Positions 18,387 through 30,093 are shown, numbered from the stretch's first letter. The stretch is 64,000 nucleotides of DNA from a bacterium (GCA_963663405.2 CAXXSM010000118.1:96001-160000); one strand, 5' to 3'. Translations and numbers: made by a program. Notes: a model not told the origin generated them from the sequence alone.

Positions 18387-19925
18387 TCAATCTACCGCCC
18401 GGCCCCAGTCTGTCCGAAGGTTTGGGTTTGCATGGTCCGGTTTGCTTAACGTATTTTGATTCGTACTACTTGTTGAACTGCGGTTGATGGAATTATAGGA
18501 ATTGGATTCAAAAATATTCCGCAGAATTTCCGCCACGTTATCTACATCGGCGTACTGCAGGTGATAGACGTACACTTGTTGTTTTTTAGCCTTGTTCTGA
18601 TCCAATTGTTCTAACATGGGAATGAGTTGAAGCATGGTGTCATGAGCGGCGCTTATAATGACGGAATTCGTGCGGGGATCCGCGGACGCATTGAACCTGA
18701 GTCTGTTTCAAAGCGCGGTCGCTCGTGTTCGATTGATTATTCCCTTCTCGTCCACCCATCATTCCACCCATCATTCCACCCCGCCCGAAGCGGGGCGCGA
18801 ATTGGCTGCTACTTTGACTGGAGTCATCGGGGAACAATTCTGTGATCAGATTGGCCGTTTCATATGCGTCGGCGTATTTTCAATTGAAAAAATCCGAATC
18901 TCGGTAATATCTTCTGTGGGCTGATCGATTTGATTGATGATTTGCTCGATGGCCGGCATCAATTCTTCCGCCGCGCTGACGACCAAAGCGTTAGATCGCT
19001 CATCAGCCACCGCGACTACACGCGATGCGGCTCGTTGCACATCATTATTTGAACTATCATTTCCACCACTGCCACCCGGGCCGCCAAAACCACCTGGCCC
19101 CCCAAAACCACCTGGGCCGCCAAAGCCACCTGGCCCTCCAGTGCTGCCACGGCCGCCACGGCCTCTCATCCCACCAAATCTCCCACTACGATTGTTATTG
19201 TTGGAATTGGATGAATCCTGTTGAAACAATTCCGTGATGACTTCCGCCAATTCCGTGGCGTCCGCATATTGGAGAGGGAAAACAGCCAGCATCGACAAAC
19301 TGGTCAACGGACTATCCAACGCTTGGATGATCTCTATCATTCGGCGGACATTGGTCTGCGTATCGGTGATAATGATCGAATTACTGCTTTCATTCGCCGA
19401 AAGGGTCGCATAGGCGGGGATCAGGGGTTGCAGGTTTGTAATCAATTGTGTGGCGTCGATGTGACGCGCCGGGATAATCTGTGTGATCATTTCATCATTC
19501 TTAGGGAGTTCTTGTGGATCATTCCCGTGTTTAACGGGCAGATCCCGGAGTTTGGCCTCATCCCGGTCAACAATAGTCAATGTCCGGCCATTGCGGATGG
19601 CAGTAAATCCTTTTTCATGCAAGATGGTATTCAGCAGATCCACCGCTTCTTCACGGTTTAAGGGTTGATGGCTCCATACATCCACATCCCCATTCAACTG
19701 GCTTTCTTTCACGATAATGAAACCCGCGGTTTCACTTAAATAATCCAAAACGTCATCCAGAGGCACTCCGCGAAAATTCAGTTTAATTTGAACTGGATCA
19801 CTTTCTTCTGAATTCGCTGGAGCCGCTTGCTCCGCTTGGATCACGGGGGATATACATAGACTTAGAATACAGAATCCAACAAATCGAATGGGGAATCGGA
19901 AATAACGCACTATCGTTTTCATCAT
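18387..19925 (-). CDS. Secretin N-terminal domain protein (N0-N3), frameshifted into 3 or more pieces
   Basis: Signal peptide; LNFRGVPLDDVL; repeated LQYADA and DERSNALVV units; fragments 18846-19925, 18640-18837 and 18387-18635. Confidence 0.75.
19071..19140 (-). repeat. 18-bp coding tandem repeat (GGPGGF)n in secretin-N protein
   Basis: GGPGGFGGPGGFGGPGGFGGPGG with synonymous variation between units. Confidence 0.85.
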
Positions 19926-20516
19926 TGTGTCTCCTCTCGTCTTCGCGCCCTCATTTTTTGCAGTAAATCTTGTGTGTCATCATCCGTACTGGATTCTGTT
20001 GCGCTTACTTTTTCTGTCCTTGCAGCGGGCTGGGATGGAGTTTCTCTGGCGTATTCCAATTTGTTCTGCGATACGATCCAGGGAGAATCACCTTGCCGGG
20101 ATAATCCCAATCCAACAGAAAGTGCAATGGGTTGATTCTCTTTTTTCAACACTACGCCATCCGTCTTTATCGAATCAAGCTGATATCCCGCAAGTTGACC
20201 GCCTAAGAGAACGACTCTGTTATATTCCGGAACTGTGCTTTTAAAAAACGCATACGAACTGGCGTCGGAAATCAACGTACCGATAAGGGATATCGAATCC
20301 GTTCTCGGCGCACGGGGAGCGGGCTCTCTCCTGGGGACAAACACCCGGCGGTTACGATCGAATATGTTCCGTTTCAGGATCAGATTGAATGATTCCAAAA
20401 GTTGGATATGGATTATCCTCACGAGTGGAATCATCATCCTGCGCACAAACAGCGCCTGGCAAGAGAAACATGACCAGGATCCCTATCGCTACATATCGTA
20501 TTGTGATGCGGCTCAT
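19922..20516 (-). CDS. GspC-like T2SS protein (frameshifted near its 5' end)
   Basis: MSRITIRYVAIGILVMFLL from 20516 shifts into RNIFDRNRR..LIGTL..AFF..I..DGVVL; operon position. Confidence 0.55.
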
Positions 20517-21050
20517 TGTTCTTCTTCCTCCAAAAATTGAATGGCGCTGAATCGGAGACTCAACGTTAGCCGGTTGTCATTATCGTTGCGTGTAATGAGT
20601 TGACATTGATCTATTTTCACCGGAGAATCATCGGTTTCGAGTTCATATAAAAAACCGTTGAATCTGTGAAAGTTCCCCTTGAACAACGGCTGAAGATTCC
20701 AGGGTTCTATAACTCTCCTCATATTGTTTCCAATTCGGTTTAAACGAGGATTGCTTTACTCCGCTGTCAGTCACCCAGCGATCCATGCCTTTGACAATCT
20801 GATTCTGCGCCTGAGCGATGTCATCGGGCAATGCGTCCCGTTGCATAATCCGCCATGTTTTCCGCAAGGATCGTTCGCGGTTCAACAAGCGCTGGCCATT
20901 CTCGATTATGTCTTGCAGGTTTGTGATCTTTTCCGCTCTCGTATTCCAAAGATCGATCAGTGGAGTGAGAACAAGCCTGTCCCCTGCGAAGGCCGCGACG
21001 CAAATCACTGCGGTTAAGATCAAGATTCGTTCCCGTTGTTTTGGTGTCAT
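20513..21050 (-). CDS. GspM/PilO-like inner-membrane platform protein (frameshifted)
   Basis: MTPKQRERILIL TM, coiled coil, FLYELE...IDQ..L; two overlapping fragments. Confidence 0.6.
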
Positions 21051-22523
21051 GATGTTCTACTTTCGCCTCTCGACTTCGCTTCGATCAACTATCCCTTCGT
21101 CACGACAAAATAAAAAGTGAACTGCAACGGAGATTCTCCCTCCGTTTGCCGGATTTGAAGATCTTGGACTTGTTCATTTTCATTCAAGCGATCCATAACC
21201 TCCAACAAGGCTTGGTTATCCTGCGCGAATCCGGAACACGAGACGTTGACATTATTCTCCACTTCAATGGATTGCGCCCAGGATAGATCCTTCCTCAGGA
21301 AACGCCTCGGTCAGAATCTGAAGAATCGTCAAACTCGGTACCGAGGTATCAAACCAGGGACGAAATTGTTTCACTTGTTCTTGGATGGCTTCCACTTCTG
21401 TCACTCGATCGGCCATCGCGTCCCATTCCGATTCTAAGCAGGAAAGCCGATACGATTGATAAAGAAATATGGAAGCAGCGACGAGAATGACGGCGGCGGC
21501 GGCGCTGCCCCCACGAGACGGAGGCCTTGATTCAACCCAAATTGGCGATAAACGCTTGAACCGTACTCACACGGGGAGGAAGAAATTCAAAAACCGTTGA
21601 AGTTATCATATAAAATACGAGACAGGGCGCCTAAAATCGGACTATAACCGTTCCAGGACCGCGCTGACACGGGAAATCCCCCGCATCCGAAAGAGAAGAC
21701 ATCCCGGCGCGCACATCCAACCCCAGTCGTGTCCAAGGGAGCCGACATGATATCCGTCATGGATTCAATCCACTGCGCCGGTCCCGTCAGCCGCACTTCC
21801 CGGATAGAAGACCGGAATTCTTCCGTTAACTGCCCCAGAGCGTAATCCGGATTTCCCGCAGTAAATGACGGGCTTCCTGCTCCATGGATCCAGTCTGTTC
21901 ATCCGAATCAATTGCGATGCTGCCGCATGCTGGCGATTCCGCCACCCGTCTGAACATAACAATCGATCCCCGCCGCGCTTTTTTGACAGACGATCATTCC
22001 ATGATGGGGATCGGAATCACGCCCGGGGGGATACGCCGTCGTGATACTGACACAGTTTTCGTCCAATCGATTGCATGGCGGTTTCGATGATCTTCAAATA
22101 GCTCAACGGAACCGCGGCCACAGTCGCATATTCTTTTCCTTCCACCGACCGGTAGCGGGAAAGCGAAATTGACAGTTCACTCGGTGGATAGGGAAATTCC
22201 CGTTCCGAATGCAATTTAATATAATCGTCCAAATCATCGCCGGATAAATCGGGAAGTTCGATTTGATACGATAAAACCCATTGAGTTGGAATACAGATCA
22301 CACATTGCTTCTCCCGGATTCCGGCTTCATCCAGAGCGTTCCGGATCGATTGCCCCAAAAGAATTGGATCCGCGGCCAGGGGATCAAAGGACAATTCTTG
22401 ATGAAAGTCTTTTTGAACTTGAAATCCTTTTCCATTCCGGCTGGCCACGATGCCGTGCATTTGGTCCCGGGTCAAAGAAATCCCCAGGATAGATTTCAAT
22501 TTCGTGGATGTTCCGGATTTCAT
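21047..22523 (-). CDS. GspL/PilM-PilN-like protein (multiple frameshifts)
   Basis: N fragment ILGISL...LRNAL..AGI....V.CIP...ELP..EREFPY; later TM and PilN-like pieces in other frames; operon position. Confidence 0.55.
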
Positions 22524-23884
22524 TTATAGGGCTCCTTTAAAAGGGCAAGGTTCTGGCGTATCGTTGGATCCAGAGCCCATCCCAATGCGCTATGATCCCG
22601 CCGGTAGCGGATCGCAGGTTCGTCTTCACTGACATCAATAACGAAAAGAGTGCGGCGGTATCCTTTGCCATTACGGCCAACTGCGGCCACATCCAGTGAG
22701 TATTGATACGTGCGGGAAGTCAGATACGGTCCGGCTTCCTGCCAATTTTCTTCCTCCAACACTTCGGTCACCCAAGCGATGGTGTTTTCAATCCCGCTAT
22801 GGCTTTGCCTGTACGCGACCAGCGATTGAGCCTGATCTTCATCAATACCCGGTATACAGGCTAACACTTGAGCGCAGGCTGTATTGACATTAATCAAACC
22901 TTCTAGATAGTCTTCATCGGATACGGTGATAGCGTCTTCGATTTTAGCGAATTCTTCCACTGTCATCCCGCTTTGGGAGAAATAATCCAGCAAACTATCG
23001 TATTCTTCCTGATTGCCGGATGAGCCTCCGATTTCACTGGCGCGATCTTCCCCCAGTTCCTCTTCAAGAAGTTCGGTAAGAGATTCTAAAGACTCTTCAT
23101 CATTCAAGTTAATCCGGTCCGACCCATCACTTTGCTTATTCGGCTCCCGGCTGTAGATCGTTACATATTCCAAAATGCCCGGATCGAGAATTCCATTCTG
23201 ATTATCGTTAGGATACGTTGCTGAACCGTCATTTTCCGCGACATCCAACAGCCCATTCAAATTGGTGTCTTCTCCATACAGATCTTCAATAACCGCCCCG
23301 TAAACCCAATGCAGTTCAAAAATAGATTCAAAGGGAGCGTTTTTGCACCTATAGGGGTAGGAACCAGTGAGGTAGGAGTCCACTTCAGCGCCATCAGTGG
23401 AAACTTCGTCATCTTCATCACGCCAGTCAATAATGGCGGCGGCAAACTCGGTCGTCATACCGGGGAGCGCTTCAAGCATCTCTTGTGTGGCTGTATTCAG
23501 ATTTAAGCGGGAGGATTCATCAATTAGATTGTAGACTTGCGTTAAACTGGGATTGCTATTGGGATCTCTCCCCAGCAACCAGACATAAGACTCACCAATT
23601 GAGATTTCCTGAGCCTGATACGAATCGCTTTCGGGATACACACCCGGCTCATCCGCATCGGCTAGAATTTTCATGATATAACGGGGAATCGATTCGATCG
23701 CCTGCGCCGCCTGATGTTCCGCCCAAATATTATCCGCCGCGCGGTACTCCATAATCATGGCGTGTCCAAATAATAAGGCGGTGGAGGTCAAGCCTATCGC
23801 AAGCCATAATACGACGATCAGAATCCCACCCCGGTTAAGTGGATTCGCTTGGTTGGAATAAAAAGTGTGGAGGTTTTTCTTCAT
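22520..23884 (-). CDS. gspK: T2SS minor pseudopilin GspK
   Basis: RGGILIVVLW; DESSRLNLN; AIIDWRDED; KNAPFESIFEL; INVNTA...IPGI. Confidence 0.9.
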   Translation of the reverse strand: MKKNLHTFYSNQANPLNRGGILIVVLWLAIGLTSTALLFGHAMIMEYRAADNIWAEHQAAQAIESIPRYIMKILADADEPGVYPESDSYQAQEISIGESYVWLLGRDPNSNPSLTQVYNLIDESSRLNLNTATQEMLEALPGMTTEFAAAIIDWRDEDDEVSTDGAEVDSYLTGSYPYRCKNAPFESIFELHWVYGAVIEDLYGEDTNLNGLLDVAENDGSATYPNDNQNGILDPGILEYVTIYSREPNKQSDGSDRINLNDEESLESLTELLEEELGEDRASEIGGSSGNQEEYDSLLDYFSQSGMTVEEFAKIEDAITVSDEDYLEGLINVNTACAQVLACIPGIDEDQAQSLVAYRQSHSGIENTIAWVTEVLEEENWQEAGPYLTSRTYQYSLDVAAVGRNGKGYRRTLFVIDVSEDEPAIRYRRDHSALGWALDPTIRQNLALLKEPYK

Positions 23885-24745
23885 TGCCGCTGCCCTCCGC
23901 TCTGCTGTCCGCCATTCTGCTGCCCACCCGTTTGATCCCCTTGCCCTCCATCACCGGTTTGGGAGTCTCCTTCTTCACTCGTCGCTTGATCCGTATCCGT
24001 CTCTCCAGTAGATTCTTCACTCTCTACAGCGACGCAGACAATGGGGACCGTGCATTCCAAAACTAATTCATCTCGCAACGCGTTTTTTCTGATAACGTGT
24101 ATCCTCGGATTCGCCGAACCGGGTTTTAGGAACCGATTGAATAAGATACATGCGAACAGCGATGGGTAACGGAGGATCCTGAGTTTCGGAATCCCAACTG
24201 TCATACCAGGTTTCACCATCATAATAGGTGAATTGAACGGATTCGACATTCGACAGCAGTGGAACCATTTCCGGAAGTTCTTCGGTGGAAGAGAGAAGAT
24301 TGCGGTAAACGCTCCGGACCAAAGCATATCCTTGCTGACGTAAAGGTTCATCTGGATAGAAATCTTTTGGTTCTATTAAAGAATATTCAATTTTCTGAAT
24401 TTCCCCCCAGGGAGTTCCATATTGAGGAAGGCCCGTGGTAGTATGAAACACGACGGAGTCTCTCCGGAGTTTAAGGTTCCCCCCTTTTTCACCCAAAAAG
24501 GATCCAGTAATCACATCACTGGGAGCGGTGATATTGATCAAATCGCACTTGATCAGACTCATCGCGTATGTCTGGTCCTGTCGGATTCGCACGGAATATT
24601 CCGCTTTTTCACGTAGATTGATCGCATGGCCAATCAATGAATGCACAGCCAGAAGAAGCACGGAAAACATAGCCGTAGCCATCAGCACCTCAATGAGGGT
24701 AAAGGCGCGCAGGGAAGAGTGTATGGAAATGTAGTTTTTCTTCAT
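23881..24745 (-). CDS. gspJ: T2SS minor pseudopilin GspJ (frameshift near 3' end)
   Basis: AFTLIEVL prepilin motif; LLSNVESVQFTYYDG..W.D.W...LPIAVR. Confidence 0.8.
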
Positions 24746-25042
24746 GTTATTTGGCTATTTCCAATTATCGCTTCTTCAAAAACATGATTCTTTCTTATTA
24801 TAGAACTCCTAAACTTACTCCAATATTGCATGCTATGTAAGTTTTTTTTATCATTTCATAATGTAAGAATTCTCATGGATGAATATGTAACTATAATAGG
24901 AGCCAAGGGCAATAAATAACGCATAATCCGCGATAAAACTCTTATTTACCTTTGCGATTGTTTACGAATCGATAAGTAAGTGTAATCGTTCTCATTCAGT
25001 CAAGACACAATTTGTGTTCTTACCAAACTAACCCAGTCATAA

Positions 25043-25444
25043 CTATTCAGAATCATCAACAACAGTACTCAGATGTACGTTATACTCATGGTCCTGGGTT
25101 TGAAAATAGACAACCATTGTCAAGTGAAGCATCGATTCTTCCATCCAAGGCTCTTCGTAAAGGCGCCAACGGTAGCCCTCCCACGGTTCACTAAACTCAC
25201 CTGACCGCGCGCCATCCTCCCAGGATTCGGTGACGATCAGTTCGTTCAACATCCGATCGGCCAGATACACCGCGTCGATTTTCCGCTGCGCCAGGATCGA
25301 AGCCCGGTTGGCCAACGAGATTCCTTGCAACGCTGTGGGAATCACCAGAGCGATAAACAACATGGCGGTCAGTAATTCAGCGAAGGTAAAACCAGCCTCG
25401 CTCTTCACACTAGTAGGTACGAACGTATAAACGTCCGGATTCAT
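25043..25444 (-). CDS. gspI: T2SS minor pseudopilin GspI-like
   Basis: GFTFAELL prepilin motif; SGEF....YRW. Confidence 0.75.
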   Translation of the reverse strand: MNPDVYTFVPTSVKSEAGFTFAELLTAMLFIALVIPTALQGISLANRASILAQRKIDAVYLADRMLNELIVTESWEDGARSGEFSEPWEGYRWRLYEEPWMEESMLHLTMVVYFQTQDHEYNVHLSTVVDDSE

Positions 25445-25955
25445 TGTCGTAAACCTCAAAGGTAACTCCATATCTAGCCCGCATAATGATAATCGGTTCC
25501 TCATTCTCGCGGGTAATATAGAGCGCCTCCAATTCGTTCTGCTCGATCGTGCCATCCGGTTTGAACTCAATCTTCACATACCCTTGATCCGCGGCGCTGA
25601 TCGGCGTGAATTCAAAACGAACATCATCATCCAGAGTAAAGAGCATTGGAATGAACGTATCCGTTTCATAGCCTTCCGCTGGATTTAGACCGTAATACGG
25701 TTGATCCGCGTCGATCCATAAGGTCATCGGAATCGACATCGATATGGCTTCACTGCGGGCATACCGCGTCAACGCTAAAAACCGGCGCGCCTCCTCTTGC
25801 GCCGACCGTCCCCGGAAAAACCGGGATAAAGACGGCATGGCGAGCGCGATCACAGCGGACAGCATCGCCATGACGACAATAATCTCGATCAGCGTAAATC
25901 CTCGAGTCGATGGAGGATGATTATCGCTTTTCCGTATTCCAATTTGTAATATCAT
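25410..25955 (-). CDS. gspH: T2SS minor pseudopilin GspH-like
   Basis: RGFTLIEIIVV; YARSEAI; IEFKPDG. Confidence 0.8.
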   Translation of the reverse strand: MILQIGIRKSDNHPPSTRGFTLIEIIVVMAMLSAVIALAMPSLSRFFRGRSAQEEARRFLALTRYARSEAISMSIPMTLWIDADQPYYGLNPAEGYETDTFIPMLFTLDDDVRFEFTPISAADQGYVKIEFKPDGTIEQNELEALYITRENEEPIIIMRARYGVTFEVYDNESGRLYVRTY

Positions 25956-26370
25956 CGCCGCCACCTGTCCGGCCGTCCGGCCCCATGGACATCAGATCGA
26001 ATCCACGAACGTTGTTCTTGCCGGGGTATTCATAGATGTAGGGATTTTCCCAGGGATCCACAGGGATTTCATTCATATACGGACCGTGCCAATCCTTCGC
26101 GTTGGATGGCTGTTCGACCAAATCCTGAAGTCCATTGGAACCTTTAGGATAAAATCCATTGTCCACTTCAAACGCGTCCAGGACGATTTCGAAGTTGGAG
26201 ATTTGACTTTTCGCGGCGGTTATCTTGGCTTGTTCGGATCGGCCGGCGAACTTGGGAACCACAATCGCGGCCAGCGTAGCCAAGATAACGAGAACGAGCA
26301 GCATTTCCACCATCGTAAAACCGCCCTGCGGATTGCGGGGATGGATACTTTTTCTGGGGATGGATTTCAT
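25921..26370 (-). CDS. gspG: T2SS major pseudopilin GspG
   Basis: GGAGG RBS; GFTMVEMLLV; LDAFEVDNGFYP; WHGPY; DPWENPYIY; SMGPDG...DDITNW. Confidence 0.95.
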   Translation of the reverse strand: MKSIPRKSIHPRNPQGGFTMVEMLLVLVILATLAAIVVPKFAGRSEQAKITAAKSQISNFEIVLDAFEVDNGFYPKGSNGLQDLVEQPSNAKDWHGPYMNEIPVDPWENPYIYEYPGKNNVRGFDLMSMGPDGRTGGGDDITNWNTEKR

Positions 26371-26390
26371 GATATTTCCTCCGATGCGCA

Positions 26391-27641
26391 TTATTTGATA
26401 TAATCCTGAATCGTGAAAATCGGGATGACCATTCCAATAAATATAATCCCGATAAATCCTGCGATAAAAAACAGCATCAATGGTTCGGTTAGCGCCACAG
26501 CTGTGCGCAGGTTTCGATCCAGGTCCGTTTCTGTTTCATTGGCCAACCGGACCAGTTCCTGGTCTAGACGGCCGGTCTCTTCGGCCACTGAGACCATCTC
26601 CAGTACGGAACCGGGGAACAATTCGGGACAGCCCTTCAGACTCGTTGCCAGGGGATCCCCTTTCTTGACATTTTCTATCGAGTCTGAAACCGCTTCAAAC
26701 AGGATTTGATTGGGAATCGACTTCCGGGCCACATTCAATCCACGAATAAGCGGAACTCCTGAATTGAGCAGCGTTCCCAGCATCCGGCAGGAAACGGGCC
26801 ATCGCGAATTTCGCGGTTAACGGTCCCAGGACAGGAAGCCGCAATAAGAGAGTCTCATACACCCGCCGCCCCTTTTCGGACGTCAGCGCACGGTGCAGGA
26901 AAAAGACAAGCAATCCGATCCCAATCGCCACAAATAAGCCATATCCACGAATCCACTTGCTGATCCCTACAATGATCTTGTGTGATGAGTGGTAGTTCGG
27001 CGCCGAATCCCGCGAAGATCGTTTGAAATCGCGGGATAAAAAACACTAGCAGAAAAATCAACACCGATATGGCCAGCACTAGTAAAACCACCGGATAGAT
27101 TAACGCTGATATAACTTTCGAACGCAGTTCTTTTTCCCCTCCCTGAAAGTCAGCGATCTGACTCAGGACAACGATCCAAAAATCCACCGGTTTCCCCCGC
27201 CTGGACCATCGCCACGTAAACGCGAGGGAATGTACTGGGAAACCGGGCCATTGAATCCGCCAGTGAGGCGCCATCCACCACGGAATCATGAATTTCTTTC
27301 CAGCGCGCGGAGGCCGCAGGATTGGCGGTTTCTTTAACAAGGATCACAAGAGCGCGGCTCAAAGGAATTCCAGAAGCCAAAAGACTGGCTAGAAGCCGGG
27401 TAAAATTCTCCAGATCCTTAAATGAAATTCGATGTAAGGAAAACATACCGGATAAAGAGATCCCGGACTCCTGTTTTCTACTTGAGACTTCAGTAATGCG
27501 AATCGGTTTCAATCCTCGCGATTCCAGCTGGCTCAAGGCTTCCTGCCGGCCACGGGCATCGAGAAAACCTTCAGCCAGTTGTCCTCCGGCTTGCAGCGCG
27601 CGATACTGGAATCGTAAGGAGATTGTTTCGTTTTTACTCAT
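26391..27641 (-). CDS. gspF: T2SS platform protein GspF (four frameshifted fragments)
   Basis: FQYRAL; LLASGIPL; GETGG; ALIYP; LLNSGVPL; EETGRL; EPLML spread across four overlapping ORFs. Confidence 0.85.
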
Positions 27642-27686
27642 GTCCAGCCATTCCTGTTAGTACGATTCATCCTGCAAAATCATCTG

Positions 27687-29357
27687 TTAACCTGTCACCA
27701 TTTCGTCCTTCGTCACTCGAAGAACTTCACCGACAGTCGTCACTCCCTCGACAACCAAACGCCATCCATCTTCGCTGAGGGATGACATCCCAGCCCGGCG
27801 CGCGGCGTTCCGGATCTCACCCGCGGAATGTTCCCGGAGAATCATTTCACGAATCTCCTGATTGATTCCCATCATCTCAAAGACCGCCCGGCGTCCATGA
27901 AAACCAGTAGAACGGCATAACTTACATCCAGCGCCTCGATAAACCGGCTGGTTGTGTGGAAGCCCCAGTTTTTCTTTAATGGATTGGGTTTTGTCACTCT
28001 GATCTTCCACTTTGCAATGAGGGCAAAGAACCCGCACCAATCGTTGGGCCATAACGGATTCGAGTGATGAAGCGACCAAGTAAGGTTCAATTCCCATATC
28101 GACGAGACGGGTGACCGCGCTAGGCGCATCGTTTGTATGGAGAGTGGAGAAAACCAAGTGTCCGGTCAGAGACGCCTGTACAGCGATCCGCGCGGTTTCC
28201 TCATCCCGGATTTCTCCAATCAGCACAATATCCGGGTCATGCCGAAGAATCGAACGCAATCCACGGGCAAACGTCAGTCCCGCTTTTTCGGAGACTTGGA
28301 TTTGATTGATTCCTCTGATCTGGTATTCAATGGGATCTTCAATCGTGATAATTTTACGTTCAGTGTCATTGATTTCGTTCAACGCCGCGTAAAGAGATGT
28401 GGTTTTCCCGCTTCCCGTTGGGCCCGTGACGAGTACGATGCCGTGTGGGAGAGTCAAAACTTGTTGAAAAATCTGTTCATCCCGTTCGGCCATGGCCAGT
28501 TGCTGAACATTCAATAAAGTGGAATCCTGCCGTAACAGACGCATGACCACCGCTTCACCATGCAGCATAGGGATAATCGATACACGGATATCCACTTCAC
28601 CGTTTCGAATCCGGATCTTGATTCGACCGTCTTGGGGAAGACGTTTTTCCGCAATATTCAAGTGGCTGAGGATTTTCACGCGTGAAACAATGGCGGGTTG
28701 ATAGCGCTTGATTTGAGCGGGAACAGGCACTTCCTGCAGAACGCCATCAATCCGGTACCGGATACGAAGTTCATCTTCGAACGGTTCAAGGTGAATATCC
28801 GTCGCCCGTAAGTCAATCGCGTCACTCAGCACCTGGTTCACAAAACGGATAATCGAAGCGTCTTCCGCCGCTTGATCGATATCCGTTTCCTCCAACATCC
28901 CTTCATCAACCACCTGGAAGGAAGCGTCTTCTTCCAAGGAATCGATCGTATCCGCTCCAACTCCCAGCCGTCTCTTCAGTTCCCGTTTGATAGACTCACT
29001 TGGCGCAAGAACCGGTTTGAGCCGCATACCGGTCATCGAGCGCAGCAAATCCAATCCACGAGGAGCGAAGAGACGGCTGGTCGCCACTTCGACATTCCCA
29101 TTCACCTGTCGAAGCGGAATTATTTCTTCTTTCAGCAAAATCCGGGCAGGAAAACGGGTCAAAAGCCGCCGGTCGAGTTCAATATCATCCAGCAAACTGA
29201 ACGATAGAGAATACTCCTCCGCCAGCCATTGCAATACATCTTCTTCGGTTTCAACACGGATTCTTTGATCGTTCATTAACAACTGCAATGATTCCGCGTC
29301 AACTGGAGAAAGTTGCTTTAATTCAGTCATGCGCTCAAGAAGTTCATTCATTTCCAA
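27687..29357 (-). CDS. gspE: T2SS ATPase GspE
   Basis: ATDIHLEP; LPQDGR; GPTGSGKTT; TIEDPIEY; LRHDPD; STLHTNDA; CxxC..CxxC. Confidence 0.95.
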   Translation of the reverse strand: MEMNELLERMTELKQLSPVDAESLQLLMNDQRIRVETEEDVLQWLAEEYSLSFSLLDDIELDRRLLTRFPARILLKEEIIPLRQVNGNVEVATSRLFAPRGLDLLRSMTGMRLKPVLAPSESIKRELKRRLGVGADTIDSLEEDASFQVVDEGMLEETDIDQAAEDASIIRFVNQVLSDAIDLRATDIHLEPFEDELRIRYRIDGVLQEVPVPAQIKRYQPAIVSRVKILSHLNIAEKRLPQDGRIKIRIRNGEVDIRVSIIPMLHGEAVVMRLLRQDSTLLNVQQLAMAERDEQIFQQVLTLPHGIVLVTGPTGSGKTTSLYAALNEINDTERKIITIEDPIEYQIRGINQIQVSEKAGLTFARGLRSILRHDPDIVLIGEIRDEETARIAVQASLTGHLVFSTLHTNDAPSAVTRLVDMGIEPYLVASSLESVMAQRLVRVLCPHCKVEDQSDKTQSIKEKLGLPHNQPVYRGAGCKLCRSTGFHGRRAVFEMMGINQEIREMILREHSAGEIRNAARRAGMSSLSEDGWRLVVEGVTTVGEVLRVTKDEMVTG

Positions 29358-29393
29358 ACCTGCCTTCGGGTTCCGGATTCATCCTTCATCTGT

Positions 29394-30026
29394 TTATTCC
29401 AAGGTTCCCATCATGACCAGCGTGGCTTCCTGCCGCACTGTAAGAATTTGACGAAGTTCATCCTGCGCTTTTTTCAGATCTTCCACTTTTTTCTTTTTGG
29501 CGTTCCGGTAAGCGGTCAGTTTTTCTTTGATATCCGAGGCGGATGTATCAGGCGAATCAAGCGCAGCCTGCAGCGCTTCGAGCTCGGGCATGGGTTCGGG
29601 ATTAAAACCGAACCGGCCACCACGATTTTGCCGATCACTGCGGTCACCCCGGTCTGCTCGATTCTGACGGTTTGCACGGCCTTGCCGGTCTTCCCCGCCT
29701 TGCCGGTCTGGTGGCGTCATTCCATTAGGCCGCATTCCACGCATTCCTCCAAAAAATCCACCTCCCCCCGCGGAGCGAGTCTCCCGCTGGAGTTCCCATA
29801 CTTTTTGGATCATCGGTTGAATGATTTTCCATTCATCATCGCTGGCGTCCATTTGTTCCTGCATGGCTGCCATCACCCGCTGGCGCATCTGTTCCGGATC
29901 AAAATTCCCTCGCGGACCACCATCCCCTCCCGGTCCACCACCTGGCGCCTGGGCCATAACTGTCATGCTCCCCGCACAAATGGAGAGTAATGCCGCTGTC
30001 AATACGAGTGTTCGAGCGTGTCGCAT
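29394..30026 (-). CDS. Periplasmic Gly/Arg/Met-rich protein with LTxxQ motif (Spy/CpxP/ZraP-like)
   Basis: GGAGG RBS; signal peptide; helical C-terminus ELRQILTVRQEA. Confidence 0.6.
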   Translation of the reverse strand: MRHARTLVLTAALLSICAGSMTVMAQAPGGGPGGDGGPRGNFDPEQMRQRVMAAMQEQMDASDDEWKIIQPMIQKVWELQRETRSAGGGGFFGGMRGMRPNGMTPPDRQGGEDRQGRANRQNRADRGDRSDRQNRGGRFGFNPEPMPELEALQAALDSPDTSASDIKEKLTAYRNAKKKKVEDLKKAQDELRQILTVRQEATLVMMGTLE

Positions 30027-30093
30027 CTTTTTTCCTCCAAATATAAAATTGGGGAATAATATCCCCATACGTTAAATCCAATGAAAGAAATAC

